DNA of 64,000 bases. It comes from Octopus vulgaris (taxonomy: Eukaryota). The notes below the pieces were generated by a model. That model was not told where the DNA came from and searched no databases. It saw nothing but the letters and a program-made list of their open reading frames with translations. The DNA lies in contig OX597814.1 of assembly GCA_951406725.2 (NCBI GenBank), forward strand, positions 132,308,001 to 132,372,000. The letters run 5' to 3'. A program made the translations under genes and the position numbers. This document shows positions 40,275-54,098 of this stretch, one piece after another (position 1 is the stretch's first letter; every line of letters starts with the position of its first letter).

Positions 40275-42800
40275 AAAGTGTAAATCCCAAGTCAGTACCC
40301 TCATTGATATGGTGTATATCTTCAGTGCTGATATCAGAATGGAGTGAAGTGTGTTCGTCTTGAAGAGACTAACGCATCTGTGTATGGACGAGCTAGAGAT
40401 ACCATCGGGGGAGGTATTGAAGCTAATAGAAGACACAGGCTATATGTACTTGGGGATATTGGAAATGGATAAATTGGTGGAGGAAGAAACGACAGGACAA
40501 TTTAAGGTGGAGTACTTGCACAGACTAAGACTGATCCTTAAGTCAAAATTAAGCAGTTGAAATACGATTGAAACTATCAAAACCTGGGCGGTGTCAGTTT
40601 TTGGATATGGAACGGGCTTAATCGCATAGAAAGTAGACGAACTAAACAGCTTAGAGAGAAACACAAGTAAGTTGCTGATTAGATATGGGTTACTCCACCC
40701 AGAAAGTGACACAAGCAGACTGTATGTACCATTAAAAAGAGCGGGAAGTGGACTGATTGAATACGAAGACAGCATTAGAGCAGAAGAAAACATTATAGCG
40801 TTGTATGCAAAAATGCCACAGAACCGCTATTATTGGCAATAGGAAGGTTGCGCTTGTTTAGGATGGAAGATTGCAAAGATAAAGCACTGTTCAAGCACTT
40901 GAGAATGAATGAAACTGAAAATTCGTGGCTAAAGGAGAATGCATGGACAATTTGATAGAGATGTTGAAGATAAAACAGGCAGAAAAAAATGAAGATTGTT
41001 ATGAATCACTAAAGTCGATTTAAACCCAGAAACGGTGGTTTTAATTTGCGCTGCCCGCGAGCAAGCATGAAATACCAATTACGAGTGACGTTCAATAAGT
41101 AATGTCCCTGACCCACTTGCAATTGTTTGATCTAGCTGAAATTTTGCATGTGCAAGTATTTATATCCCTATAGATGAAGTGGCAAATTACAGCTCTGAAA
41201 TCATTGTAGTTTCTGATTTACAGGTGTTTGAACTGAGTCAAGTGTGAAATGGAGTCTGTTGAGTGTCGAGCAGTGATCCAGTTTTTGTATTTGAAAGGAC
41301 GCACACCACGGGAGACTTTTGATGAAATGAAAGTAACTTATGGTGATGATGCCCCATCACATGACCTTGTAAAACGCTGGCATCGTGAATTCAAACAAGG
41401 TCGGAACTCTGTGGAAACAGCACCCAGATCTGGTCGCCCCCCTTCTGCCATTGATGAGGCATCTGTCCGTCAAGTTGATGCTGCCATTTTGGAAGATCGA
41501 CGCATAACTATTAGCTAAATAGCCCATGAGGTCAAGGTTAGTACCGGGTCTGTGGAAACTATCATTCATGACCATTTGCATATGCAAAAGGTGTCTGCCA
41601 GATGGATTCCCAGGTTGCTGAAACCTTTCCAGAAGCAAGAACGCGTCGAGTGCTCGAGGATGAATTTGGAGATGTGCCAAGAAGATGAGTCAAAGTTTTC
41701 AAAAGACTGATTACACAGGTTGAAACCTGGGTCCATCACTATGATGCAGAGACCAAAGCCCAGTGAATGCAGTGGAAGCACCGTGACTCACCTCCTCCAA
41801 AGAAGGCAAGGGTGCAGCCCTCCGCTGGCAAGGTCATGCTCACAGTCTTCTGGGATCAGGACGGAGTAGTGATGACAGATTTCCTGGCAAAGGGTACCAC
41901 AATTACAGGAGCCTATTATGCTTCACTTTTGAGGCAATTAAGAGAAGCTATCAAAATCAAGAGGCGGGGCAAGATCAGCAAAGGCATCCTCCTACTGCAC
42001 GACAACGCTCCGGTCCACAACTCGTGTGTCGCCAAATCAGAAGCACAGGCGTGCGGCTATGAACTCCTCCCCCATCCTCCCTACTCTCTTGACCTTGCAC
42101 CCTCTGATTTTCACCTCTTCCCAGCCATGAAGTTGTTTTTGAAAGGAAAGCGTTTTCCAGATGATGCAGCCTTGACTTCTGAAGTCACGTCGTGGTTAGA
42201 GGACCAAGCTGGGGTCTTCTACAAAAACGGTCTCCAGGGCTGCATCAAACGATGGGAGAAATGCGTAACTCTGGGTGGTTTCTATGTAGAAAAAGACTAA
42301 TAACTGTGCCAAGTTTCGTTACTCTACTGCTATGGGAAGTGGGTCAGGGGCATTACTTATTGAACGCCCCTCGTACATCAAATATAGAGTAGACAACACA
42401 TCAGAAAGTGATAGGTGCAGAATTTGTGGACAAAATGGTGAAACCATATACCATATTACCCGTTAATGTACCCCACTAACCCAGAAAAAAAAAAAGAGAC
42501 GTCATGACAATATAGCAAGGATTGTGCGTTGGACACTTTGCAACGAGTAAGCACTTGACAGAGCAAAAAGGTGGTAGGAACATAAATCTGAAGGCATCAT
42601 GAAATGATAATGCAAATTCCTATGGTATTTTACAATTCAGTGTGACTATAAGATAGAGAATAGGAAACCAAACATAGTGTTAAATGAGAAAGAAAGCAAA
42701 CGACGCTTTGTCATGGTCAGCTTGCAACAAAGTTTGCGATAAGGAAGAAAGAAATGTCGATAGATATGACAGGTCAGCTTGGGAGATTAAGCAGTTGTCG
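40275..42800 (+). mobile_element. R4/Dong-like non-LTR fragment split by mariner (unit B)
   Basis: Paralogue of 13950-16470. Confidence 0.75.
41082..42373 (+). mobile_element. mariner (DD34D) DNA transposon, full length, defective
   Basis: TIRs with TA flanks. In HDNAPVH...HPPYSLDLAPSDFHLF there are 34 residues between the 2nd and 3rd Asp. Stops at 41516-41518 and ~41764 are shared with the unit A copy. Confidence 0.95.
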
Positions 42801-43210
42801 TCGCTGATGTGAATGTTTTTTTGTGTAAATGTGTATGCACACATTTACAAAAGCAAATACACACACACACACACACACATACAACACACACACACATACA
42901 ACACACACACTCACATACAACACACATACAACACACACACACATACACACATAACACACAACACATATATATATATATGTGAATGTGTCAGTGCGCGTTG
43001 TGCGTATTTCAAGTTCTATCTTAATTGTGCTGTTATGTTTACATTCAGCAACTTAGCACTGCCGCAAAAATGTTCGTTGGGATAAGTGCCAAGCTTTGAA
43101 AAACAGACTGGTGTTAATTCACTCACCAAAAACCTCCTGAATGCGGGGTCACGGCATGGCCGCATTCTCATCACCGAATAAATGTAAATACTTAAATATA
43201 CATAAACATT

Positions 43211-43310
<100 letters not shown>

Positions 43311-45599
43311 ATCACTTATTCTTTAATTTTTATACTACATTTACTCATTTGAAAGCACCAGATTGGAGGCTTGTAGTTAAACAAATCGAGCCCAGAACAT
43401 ATTTTCTAAGTGTAGTACGTTTTCTAACGTTCTCTTTTGTCGGAACGCTACGTTACGGGGATGTCAACACCAGGTGGTTGGGAAGCAAGATTCTTTTCTG
43501 CTCTTGGCACAAGGCCTGAAATTTTGTGGGAGGGAGCCAGTCGATTAGATCGACCCCAGGACGCAACTGGGTCTTAATTTATTGAGCCCGAAAAGATAAA
43601 AGGCAGAGTCGACATCGGTGGAATCTGAACTCAGAACTTAAATATATTTCTCCCGGCGTGCTAACGTTTCTGCCCGCTCGCTCCCTTCTGCAAGCTTCTT
43701 ACCACAGAGCCATGGCACACACAAAAACTCTTATTATATGTTATGCAGATCTGTTATAGGTGTGTTAATAAAAGGTACTCCATCGAGAATGAGTTAAATA
43801 TCGTTTAACATGCAAAGGATTTAAATGTAAGCTACTCTAAGTACCATTCTTCTGACATTGCGAAAGTCGGACGATCTTGTATTGCATCCTGTATATCATC
43901 TTGTAACCGGTCAAGCAGAAACGCAATGAGACTTGTCTGAGAAATTGCAAGAAGGTACAGGAGAAACATAGTATCGAGAGAAATAAACATAATAAAACGA
44001 TTTGAAAGCATGCAGGGTTGATAGATAAGAGTTGTGTCCCTTCGAATAGCAATTATAGCTTGGTAAGGTGGATTTGACGGTGAAATATTTGAAGCTGTGT
44101 TAAAAACTGTATCATATTTAAAAGGTACAGATCATTGGAGTAGCCACTTTACTTTGTTCAGTGGAAATACGGCTTGAAGTTCGTCGGTATGCAATTAATT
44201 TGATATGAAAATAAGAATATTTATTACGATTGAGTTATGCGCTATCAATATAGCTTCTATACTCTCCACCGAATCCAGTCTTCACCTGATTATATATACA
44301 CAATGAGTTGACAAGCTCTAGCTCACAGCAAGATTCGAAGTTGTCGGCTATATACACAATGGTTTGGACGGCCTATGAAGTCTTGTCCGAGGTGTGACAA
44401 CTGTTATATGCAGACATTTTTGTGGATGCATGGGCGGGAGCAAAGTGTCAGGTGAGACACCAAACGGGCGAACAACTCCGAAGGGCATCTCAAGTTCTAC
44501 ACTTACTACCCCATTCAGACAACCTATGCATCGCATTGCAGGGGCACAATAAAAACACGAACTGTCCAACTCGTCACCTGCAGTTCCAGCAGACAACCAG
44601 TGCCCCGTTTTCTCGAGCCATTTGATTTCTTTGTTAATGTATTTGATTTATAACACGCAAATCACTAAGTTTACCTTCCATAAAGGGATTGGCTTACGAA
44701 GGATTTGCTTACTTTGTTTGCGGGAAAAATTTATGTCCAGGAACTAAACTTTATTTGGCGTGTTTCATGGGATTCTTTGGTGCTTATTTCAGTTTCCAAA
44801 TTTCCATGTTGTCAAATATCATCTGAACTTTTAAATTCATTTTTTTGTAGTTAGAAGGTAAATCACGGCATTATTCCTTAACATACGTGGATAAAATAAT
44901 ATGAAAAATGTGTATTCTGAGATTTTTCATTGGTTTTTAGCCTTCCTGAAGTATTGTTTCGTAACACGTTAAGCAAATTCAAAACTATTTTTCGTATATT
45001 TCTTCGATTCTTGACTTAACTCTTTCGTATCACAGATGAATATATAGTGTGTCGTACGAGTGAGGTAATACCGCGAAATTTATACCTGGATTAAATGTTT
45101 CATAGGCACAGAGACGAGGTCAAACTGTATAAACGGAGATAGTGTTATCTCGAAAGTGCTTTTCTTTCCAGTGTGTAGTAGGAAAACTAAAGTTAACTGC
45201 ATATATTGAGGGTTTAGTGTATTTATTCGTGTTCAGCTGCCAATGCAGTCAGTGAATGGAGATTTACAGTTTTTATTCAAGTCAGAGAATAAAAATATGG
45301 AAATAAGAAAGGACACGTTATGTATTGAAAAACATTTTTTATTGATATTTAAATACAATTTATTTTAAAATAAAATAGATATATGATACAAATTAACATA
45401 TGTTTTGCATTATGGAAAAGCAACAGAAAATAATATTTAAACAGTTTTGCAATCATTCTACGGATAATAAATATAATTGTAAGTATATACATAGAAAAAA
45501 ATTAAATAATATATCTTTAGAAAATTATTTTTCAGTTATAATGACATATATATATATATATGTGTGTCTGTGTTTGTGTATGTGCGTGAGTGTGTGTTT

Positions 45600-45638
<39 letters not shown>

Positions 45639-46760
45639 TGTGTGCGTGTGTGAATGAGTATGTGTGCTGGCAAATACACATACACACAGACACTCACACA
45701 TACATTTGCTAACATACATATATGAAATTATGTTAAAATATATACAAAAATGCTTATATATATATATTGCATTTCAAATGTATATAACTGTTAGAATTAA
45801 ATATTTATGTAAATATTACGTTAACATTGTTATTTGTGAGAATTTAGTGGTGGACTGAGTACTAGTGTTTAAGTAACTATATAATATGGATAGGGATACA
45901 GAGAATCTTGCGGCTATCACAGTAATCTCTATTAGCTCACATGATCATCAATTACAACGTAGTGTTATGTCAAATATCGGCGGACACTAGCTTTCTTTAT
46001 TTGTATTAATTTGTGAATATAAAATTGTTTTGTAAAAGATGAGCAATGATATGAAGGAAAACATGTAAGTATAAATCGTTGCATAGTTAAATTAATACAT
46101 GAACAAATTTATGAAACTGCTGTAATTCTACCTCACATTTATGTAATTAAATTTTACGTTGGAAACATGTGGCGTATATGTAAATGCATTCAACAACATT
46201 TATCGGTATAAAATATGTATATAAAAAGAATCTTGATATAGGTTTAGGTTAAAAAAAGGGAAATGTTAATAATGATTTAAATATGATAGTAAGCAACATA
46301 ATTTAAATATGATAGATAATATAAATATAATAGTAAGCAAAATAGAAAAACCAAATAATTTGCAAGAAATATATCTCATTTACGAAACAGCTGTTACGAA
46401 ACAAAACTGTTTTTGCAAATGTATATATGTATTAATGAATTTTTAAATGTATGATTATATACTTCTAAATGTATGCATATTTCTATAGAAATGTATATAT
46501 TTATATTTATATGTATGTGAGCGTGTGTAGAAATGTGTATGGTGTCTATGTATAAACACAGAGAGAAAATGAGTGAGAGAAAGAAGGACATAGTGAGAGA
46601 GCACGCATTTAAATATGTACGCTTGAATGATATTTTGTGTGTGTGCATGTTTCGTATGTGTTTCTTATAACAACCACACAGTGGTTTACGTAAACTTCCA
46701 TAACATTATGAAAACTACTTGTGTTACACACAATTGAATGTTTGATGATGTTGGCCGATA

Positions 46761-47253
46761 TTACGACTCATATTCATCGTCATTTCCTCCAGATATTACA
46801 TTGACTTTCCGTGCGCACACACAGGCTGTAGGAACCTCGATGACATTTGGTTTATAAACGTACAGTCCATCAACACATTCAGCTGTACGTTTCAGGACAG
46901 TCATCGGAGTATACACCATCACACATTGGTGGTTACTGTCAGAGTCCACACACTCCGTACAGCGACACACGACTTCTGTGCGTGATGGAGGAAAATATGT
47001 GGAATTGTGGGTAATTGTCAGGTACCATGGGCAGGTTGAACGCTCACGAATGATATCAGTAGATACAGAAGATGTAGGGCAAGTTTTATCCCCTACGGTC
47101 AGTGCTTGTTGGTCACTTCCCGCTGGAGATATTTCAGCTGGTAGAAAAAAGTTATTGCCGATCGCTGCATTGTATATTACATTGAGTCGGAATTGACGCA
47201 GAGGATATGAAGAATACGACGTTGGTGAGGAGGAATATCGCAACTTGGAGAAC
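46761..47253 (-). pseudogene. IL17: Interleukin-17-like copy 4, main exon, frameshifted
   Basis: A 35-bp deletion relative to copy 2 at GTATA (47172-47176) makes the spliced frame read ...PTQCNI-QCSDRQ-stop (38 aa). The cystine-knot region persists out of frame. Confidence 0.85.
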
Positions 47254-48395
47254 CTGCGTGATATAAAATATTTATGTGAAGGTGAGTAATTTCATTTCAA
47301 TATGACCCACAGCTAAATGAATAAACGAAATCAAGTATAATATACTACTTTTATCGCTCACACCAACTCATTCACTTACTGACTGACTGACCTAATGACT
47401 GAATAACTTACTGACTGTCTCACTCACTCACTCACTCACTCACTTACTCTCACACTCACTCACTCATTCACTCTCTCTCACTCACTCTCTCTCTCTCACT
47501 TTGTGCCAGTGTATGTATGTGTGAATGCATTTTTAAAGGTATGCTTATATACATTTAAATATATGCATATTTCTATACACATGTATATATTTATATTTGT
47601 ATGTATATGTGTGTGTGTATGAGTGTGAGTTTGTGTGCTACAATAGCATAATAATTCTGATTGAAATAGTCTTCATTAATTATTATATGGCTTCGAAAAC
47701 ATAATCAATATCGTTATTATCATAAAAAAGTAATCTAGATTTACAAATCTGTGCATCGAAATAGAAATACGATTACATATAACAACAATATCCCCTGTTC
47801 TCGACTGTTTGTACTTGACAATCCACACATGAGTAATAGAATACAGGAGAGAATACAATCTTAAATCTCAAAATATTCCATATTCAGTAAGTTATGTGTA
47901 ACATAACCATTAACCAATTTTTGCCTCCTTAACTCTTTATTATTTAATAGATTCCCTGGTGTACTTTATTCTAGGAAATAAATGTTATATTTCTCTTTTA
48001 TTATTTCATTAAATCTATGTAGTCCTTTAAATTCAAGTATCCATACCCAAAATAAGTTCAAACTAAGATAAAGTCAGCATAGCAACATACTGTATAGAAA
48101 ACACTACACCGATCTTATTCTTTCTCTAACACCACTTCAAACATTTCCAGATTCCTCTAAACCATAACAGCCTTCCCCAATACCAACTCTGTAACTTTGA
48201 CCCCAAACGCTACTGCTATGTTGATTACCTTCTAACTCCCCTCTCTATCCCTCACTCTACCTTCTCTCCCAATTCTCTACTTTCGATACTAATCTGTCAG
48301 TCAAATTATTTCTCTCACATAATCGCCATTGTGATTTTCACTATCACAACCTTAAATTCTAAACTTTCATACAAACTAACAAAGATTACCGTTCA

Positions 48396-48588
48396 CTGTT
48401 CTATATTTAAGAGATGAGGAATTATGTACATTATTTACATTATTTACAATTGTCGGATATTTATCCTCATTTTGTTTGTTGTTAACACAAAGATACGGCT
48501 GATATATCCTCTTGCCTTCATCAGGTGTCTTGGGGACATTTCGAACCTGAGTAATTTTCGATGTTGTTGTTGTTTTTGTTGTTGTTGC

Positions 48589-48669
<81 letters not shown>

Positions 48670-48760
48670 TACTACTATTATTATTAATCAGGCAACTGCC
48701 TGGAATCGACCTCGGAATCTTGGAGTTAGTAGACAGCTCTAATTACCATTCATATACAAA
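48396..48760 (-). mobile_element. SINE-like element with degenerate hammerhead, in the IL-17 copy 4 intron
   Basis: The minus strand reads GACAC-CTGATGA-AGGC...CAGCC-GTATCTTT-GTGT at 48529-48485. Confidence 0.55.
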
Positions 48761-49017
48761 CGAAACAACCCATCTTTCACTCTACGAATATGAATCCTGA
48801 ATAGTCTCATTATTAAACACTAACCTTGAAACTTATTCCACCTCCCACTACGCTCTATTTATATACCTCCAAATACACTTAGTTCTCCATAAGATCATTT
48901 CGTCCTGAATATCCATTCTGTCAACAGCTCAAAATTACGAGTTTATCCCTGAATACTGAGGCTGGTATTATATCAAGGTGTAATCAATTATCAATATCTG
49001 TTTCTAATCTATAAAGC

Positions 49018-49048
<31 letters not shown>

Positions 49049-49050
49049 TG

Positions 49051-49117
<67 letters not shown>

Positions 49118-50138
49118 ATGTATGTATATATATATGTATATATTTATATATATACGTATATATATATATGTGTATATAAATATATAAATGTATATATATA
49201 TATAAATGTATATATATATATATGTGTAGACACATATATATATGTGTGTGTGTGTGTGTGTATATATATATGTTTGTATGTATATATCTATGTATGGATG
49301 TATGTATGTATGCATAAGAGGGAAAAAATTCTCTTTTCCTAAAGAAAATGTTATTGGAATGTGGAGAATAATTTAATTTTTTTTTTAATCGATCCATGAC
49401 TTCAACTCCGGCCATAAGCATCTTTTGCTATGAAAATATATTTTTAATAATGATTGAATAGCTTTTTAAAGCTCTACGTACAGAGTTTATGCTACTTATT
49501 AACACATAAATTTGAAGGCACATGTCTCAGTGGTTATAGCATCGGTCTCATAATCATGAGGTAAAATATTCGATTTCCGTGCCGGGCTGTGTTTTGTGTT
49601 CTTTAGCAAAACACTATATTTCGCGTTGCTGTATTTCCCTCAGCTGTGGAAATGAGGTGCGATATCACTGGTGCTAAACGGTGTCAGCTTTTACTTATTA
49701 AACCATCGATGGCGTGGAGAGGGGTTTCTTGTATGCAGTGGACGGACTTAATGCTTTGGTGAAGAATATTCTTGGAAAAATCACTTGGACATTATGGACG
49801 AAAGGTGTTATTTCTTTTAATCAAGCAATAACTAAAGAGAGAGGGAACTGAATACACAGTTAATGTGCTGCATATCCTTCTGTTTAAAGTTTCTTTAAAT
49901 CATTTGCACAAATTCTACTCGTAGGAAAACATACGGGGCCATTTATAAATATATATATGTAGAAATAGATCAATATACCACAGACATAGAAATACGTATC
50001 GCAGGTATAGTACTAATCTGCGTTAAGTACATAAGCAAAATGATTCACTCATTCCTAAGAATGATAGAAGAGTAAGCAAAGACATAAGACTGAACATATA
50101 AATATTACAGTTGATATTAACAAGATTTGTTTACTTAC

Positions 50139-50153
50139 GTTGGTGGTATTCAT
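50139..50153 (-). pseudogene. IL17: IL-17 copy 4 first coding micro-exon (MNTTN)
   Basis: The minus strand reads ATG AAT ACC ACC AAC | GTAAGT. The intron is 2885 bp. Confidence 0.78.
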
Positions 50154-50286
50154 AATAATGGATGGTCACTTGGAATGGAAAGAATGATAATCGTAATATA
50201 TATGTATATATTTTCAAATAAATCTTGAGAGTGCGAGTTTATCAAAATGATATTCGCTTGTGATGATAACATCTCCTCTGAGATTA

Positions 50287-50406
50287 CTTATATATAATAT
50301 TTTTTACCGTGGAATTACCATATGTCACAAAGATTAATGAAATTATTAAAAATTATAAATATAAACTGGCGGAACTAACAACTTTACGGAAAAATTTACT
50401 TCCTGT
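50287..50406 (-). promoter_or_regulatory. IL-17 copy 4 promoter block
   Basis: TATATAAG, GTGGAATTACC and ACAGGAAGT (50406-50398). Confidence 0.55.
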
Positions 50407-50734
50407 AATGTGAAAGATCTGGTATTAAGTGAAGTAAATTGTGATCTATATAAATTGCAGAGAGCCTGAAGGAACCAGGACATGGTTTACGATTTGTTTC
50501 CTCCTTTACCTGTTAATGGGGTGTGGTACATTGTGAGTTGTCTTAATACACAGGAACATAGACATAGTAAAATATTGTCTTAAGAACTTTTCCGATCTAT
50601 TTTTAATATAATTTATCATTTGTGTTGCATATCTATCTATCTATCTCTCTATCTATCTATCTATCTATCTATATCTATGTATACATATATAAATGTATAT
50701 ATACATATATACATATACATATACATATACATAC

Positions 50735-50771
<37 letters not shown>

Positions 50772-50774
50772 CAT

Positions 50775-50807
<33 letters not shown>

Positions 50808-50839
50808 CATATATATACATATACACATACATATACAAA

Positions 50840-50885
<46 letters not shown>

Positions 50886-52158
50886 TAAATTAAAGATAAA
50901 ACCACTACTAGGCAAATCAGTGAAAATCAAAAGCCAATACATAGAAATAAAATTAATTAAAAAAATATATAAAAAATATAATATAGAAAATATAAAAATC
51001 CAATTAAAATATTTAAATTAAAGTTAAAAATTAAAAAAAATTATTTAAATTAATAATTTAAACTTATAAATTATAAATATATTTATATAGAAAGGCATTG
51101 TGCAAGAAAATGGTTCATATTTGGTTGATTAAAAATGTAATGGCACGTATTTATTGCGTTTTTTTTTCCTTTGGAAATCGGCACGTACTTTCTAGACGAC
51201 CCAATATATATATATATATAAATATATATATATACAATGGGCGCATGTATTTCATTTATTTCTATTCGTATTTTCTACTGAAAAGGGAAAAATCTTTTGA
51301 GATTAATTCCGAAATTGATTCAATATAAAAATAACGAACTTTTTAAAAAGATTCTGTTGGCTAGCTTTTCTCGATTGCAGCACAATGTATTTCTGCAGTG
51401 GGTATATAATAATACGTGGAAATTGACGGTATAAAACTCTGTTATCAGCATATTGGCATAGAAATAATTTTCTTTTGCCCTTGTTTATAAGTTACATATA
51501 ATTTTAACCTTTTAAGGTATTTAAATATGCTGCACCATTTTTCATGAAATTTTTTCTGTAAAAACAATTTCATCCTATATTAGTAATAGATTTATTACTA
51601 TTCGCTATAAGGACTGGTAACCACTCTAAGCTGTGGTGGAGATCAATTCACGCGTGCGCTGAGGTTAGCCAAAGTATTTATATTTATATACATATGGGGA
51701 ACATTTGTGTACCCATGACTTTAGCTTCCGGTATGTTTTTTCCATGGGCGCATGTAAGTATTTCATTTATTTCTATTCATATTTTCTACTGATGTGGAAA
51801 AAATCTATGAGATTAATTCCGAAATTGATTCAGTATAGAAATAACGTGCTTTCCTCGATTTCAGCACAACGTATTTCTATAATGGTTATATAATAATATT
51901 TGGAAATTGACGATTTAATAGTCTGTTATCAGTATATTGGCATACAAGTAATTTTCTTATGCCCTTAGTTATAAGTTGTTTATAATGTTGAAGATGAAAG
52001 GTATTTTAATAAGCTGCCGCGTTTTTGATGGAATTCTTTTCTGTAAAAAAAACTTCATCCTATATTAGTAGAATATATATATATGTATATATGTATGTAT
52101 ATATGTATGTATGCATGTACGTATGCATGTATGTATATATGGATGTATATATATATAC

Positions 52159-52223
<65 letters not shown>

Positions 52224-52318
52224 AATATAAATATATATATAAATATAAATTAAATAAATAAAACCACTATTAGGCAAATATTAATATATATATAAATATA
52301 TATATATGTGTGTGTGTG

Positions 52319-52362
<44 letters not shown>

Positions 52363-52370
<8 letters not shown>

Positions 52371-52555
52371 CACATAAGGAATCCACTTATAGGAATTCAA
52401 CACGTTAGAAGGAACAGCTAGGTTCTATAACCAAATAAATTTGGGATAAAATTCCTTCCTCTCAAATTTTATCCCAAAATTTTGGTGTTATAGAACCTAG
52501 CTGTTGTTTCTAACGTGTTGAATTCCTATCAGTGGATTCCTTATGTGTAAATATA
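52363..52555. repeat. Hairpin / fold-back element (paralogue of 27213-27401)
   Basis: TATTTACACATAAGGAATCCAC... pairs with ...GTGGATTCCTTATGTGTAAATA. Confidence 0.9.
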
Positions 52556-52648
52556 CACTAAACCGTACCACTAATATGTAGTATTTTTGACTAAATATTT
52601 CACACGTTAGACCACTGGAAATACCAATTTTAATTATTTTCCAATTCC

Positions 52649-52706
<58 letters not shown>

Positions 52707-52708
<2 letters not shown>

Positions 52709-53021
52709 AAATGGATAAATGAATTATCTTGTTACGGATTATTCAAAATTTTACCGATACCTGGGTAGCAAAAATCACAACAGAAAAGACACGGTTGAAG
52801 TTACGTTCATGGGGTGTCGCAACCGTGCCTCAGCGCGGATAATTGAAGTTTAATATATTTAGTGAAGGAGATTTAAATTCCTGGATTTTCCTGAAGAGAA
52901 AGCTGCAAAATGGTCTCCATATTCAATCCGAATTTGGAAATTTGCGGCCTTTGAAACATGTGTAGAAAATAATAAAAGGAATTCTGTAGAATCTTCGTTC
53001 AGCTCCATTTCTTCCCTTCAC

Positions 53022-53025
<4 letters not shown>
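52707..53025. mobile_element. Miniature Penelope-derived insertion (inverted terminus plus hammerhead segment)
   Basis: 52707-52868 is the reverse complement of ~39512-39673, and 52869-53025 matches ~39364-39522. It sits in (TA)n. Confidence 0.8.
52885..52970 (+). ncRNA. Type I hammerhead ribozyme motif
   Basis: ATTTTC-CTGAAGA-GAAAGCTGCAAA...TTTGCGGCCTTT-GAAAC-ATGT-GTA-GAAAAT. The stem II changes preserve pairing. Confidence 0.78.
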
Positions 53026-53078
<53 letters not shown>

Positions 53079-53161
53079 GTATATATATATGTATATATAT
53101 GTATATATAAATATATCTATATATATGTATATATAGGTATATATATGTATATATATATTTG

Positions 53162-53214
<53 letters not shown>

Positions 53215-53345
53215 GTGTGTGTGTGTGTATATATATATGTATATATGTATAACGCGCATATATATATATGTGTATATATGAGTGTCTGTATGCATATATA
53301 TATATATATGTATATATAAATATCTATGTATGTGTATATATATAT

Positions 53346-53381
<36 letters not shown>

Positions 53382-53418
53382 CGATTGTGTGTGTTTGTGT
53401 GTATATATATATTCAAAG

Positions 53419-53536
<118 letters not shown>

Positions 53537-53568
53537 TGATAGATAGATAGAAAGAAAGAAAGAAAGAG

Positions 53569-53601
<33 letters not shown>

Positions 53602-53835
53602 AATAAAAACCTAGATAGATAAGCAAGAGAAATAATTAAATATATTAAAAATAGATTGGAAAAGTTCTTATTTACTATGTCTCTGTTCCTGTGTATTAAG
53701 ACAACTCAGAACGTACCACATCCGATTAACAGGTAAAAGAGGAAACAAATCATAATCTATGTCCTGGTTACCTCAAACGCTCTGCAATTTATATAGATCA
53801 CAACTTCTTTCACTTAATACCAGATCTTTCACATC

Positions 53836-53953
53836 ACCGGAAGTAAATTTTTCCGTAAATTTGTTAGTTCCTCCTGTTTATATTTATAATTTTTTAGTTT
53901 TCATTAATCTTTGTGACATAAGGTAATTCCCCTGTGAAAATATTATATATAAG
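53836..53953 (+). promoter_or_regulatory. IL-17 copy 5 promoter block
   Basis: ACCGGAAGT at 53836-53844, GGTAATTCCCC at 53922-53932 and TATATAAG at 53946-53953. Confidence 0.65.
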
Positions 53954-54083
53954 TAATCTCAGAGATGTTATCATCACAAGTGAATATCATTTTGATAAAC
54001 TCGCACTCTCAAGATTTATTTGAAAATATATACATATATACTGCGATTGTCATTCTTTCCATTCCAAGTGACCATCCATTATT

Positions 54084-54098
54084 ATGAATACCACCAAC
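54084..54098 (+). CDS. IL17: IL-17 copy 5 first coding micro-exon (MNTTN)
   Basis: ATG AAT ACC ACC AAC | GTAAGT. The intron spans 54099-55808 (1710 bp). Confidence 0.82.

Noticed and set aside
47177-47243. Alternative N-terminus MRYSSSPTSYSSYPLRQ rescuing copy 4
   Set aside because: It has a non-ATG start, is an out-of-frame reading of the signal peptide and has no secretion signal.
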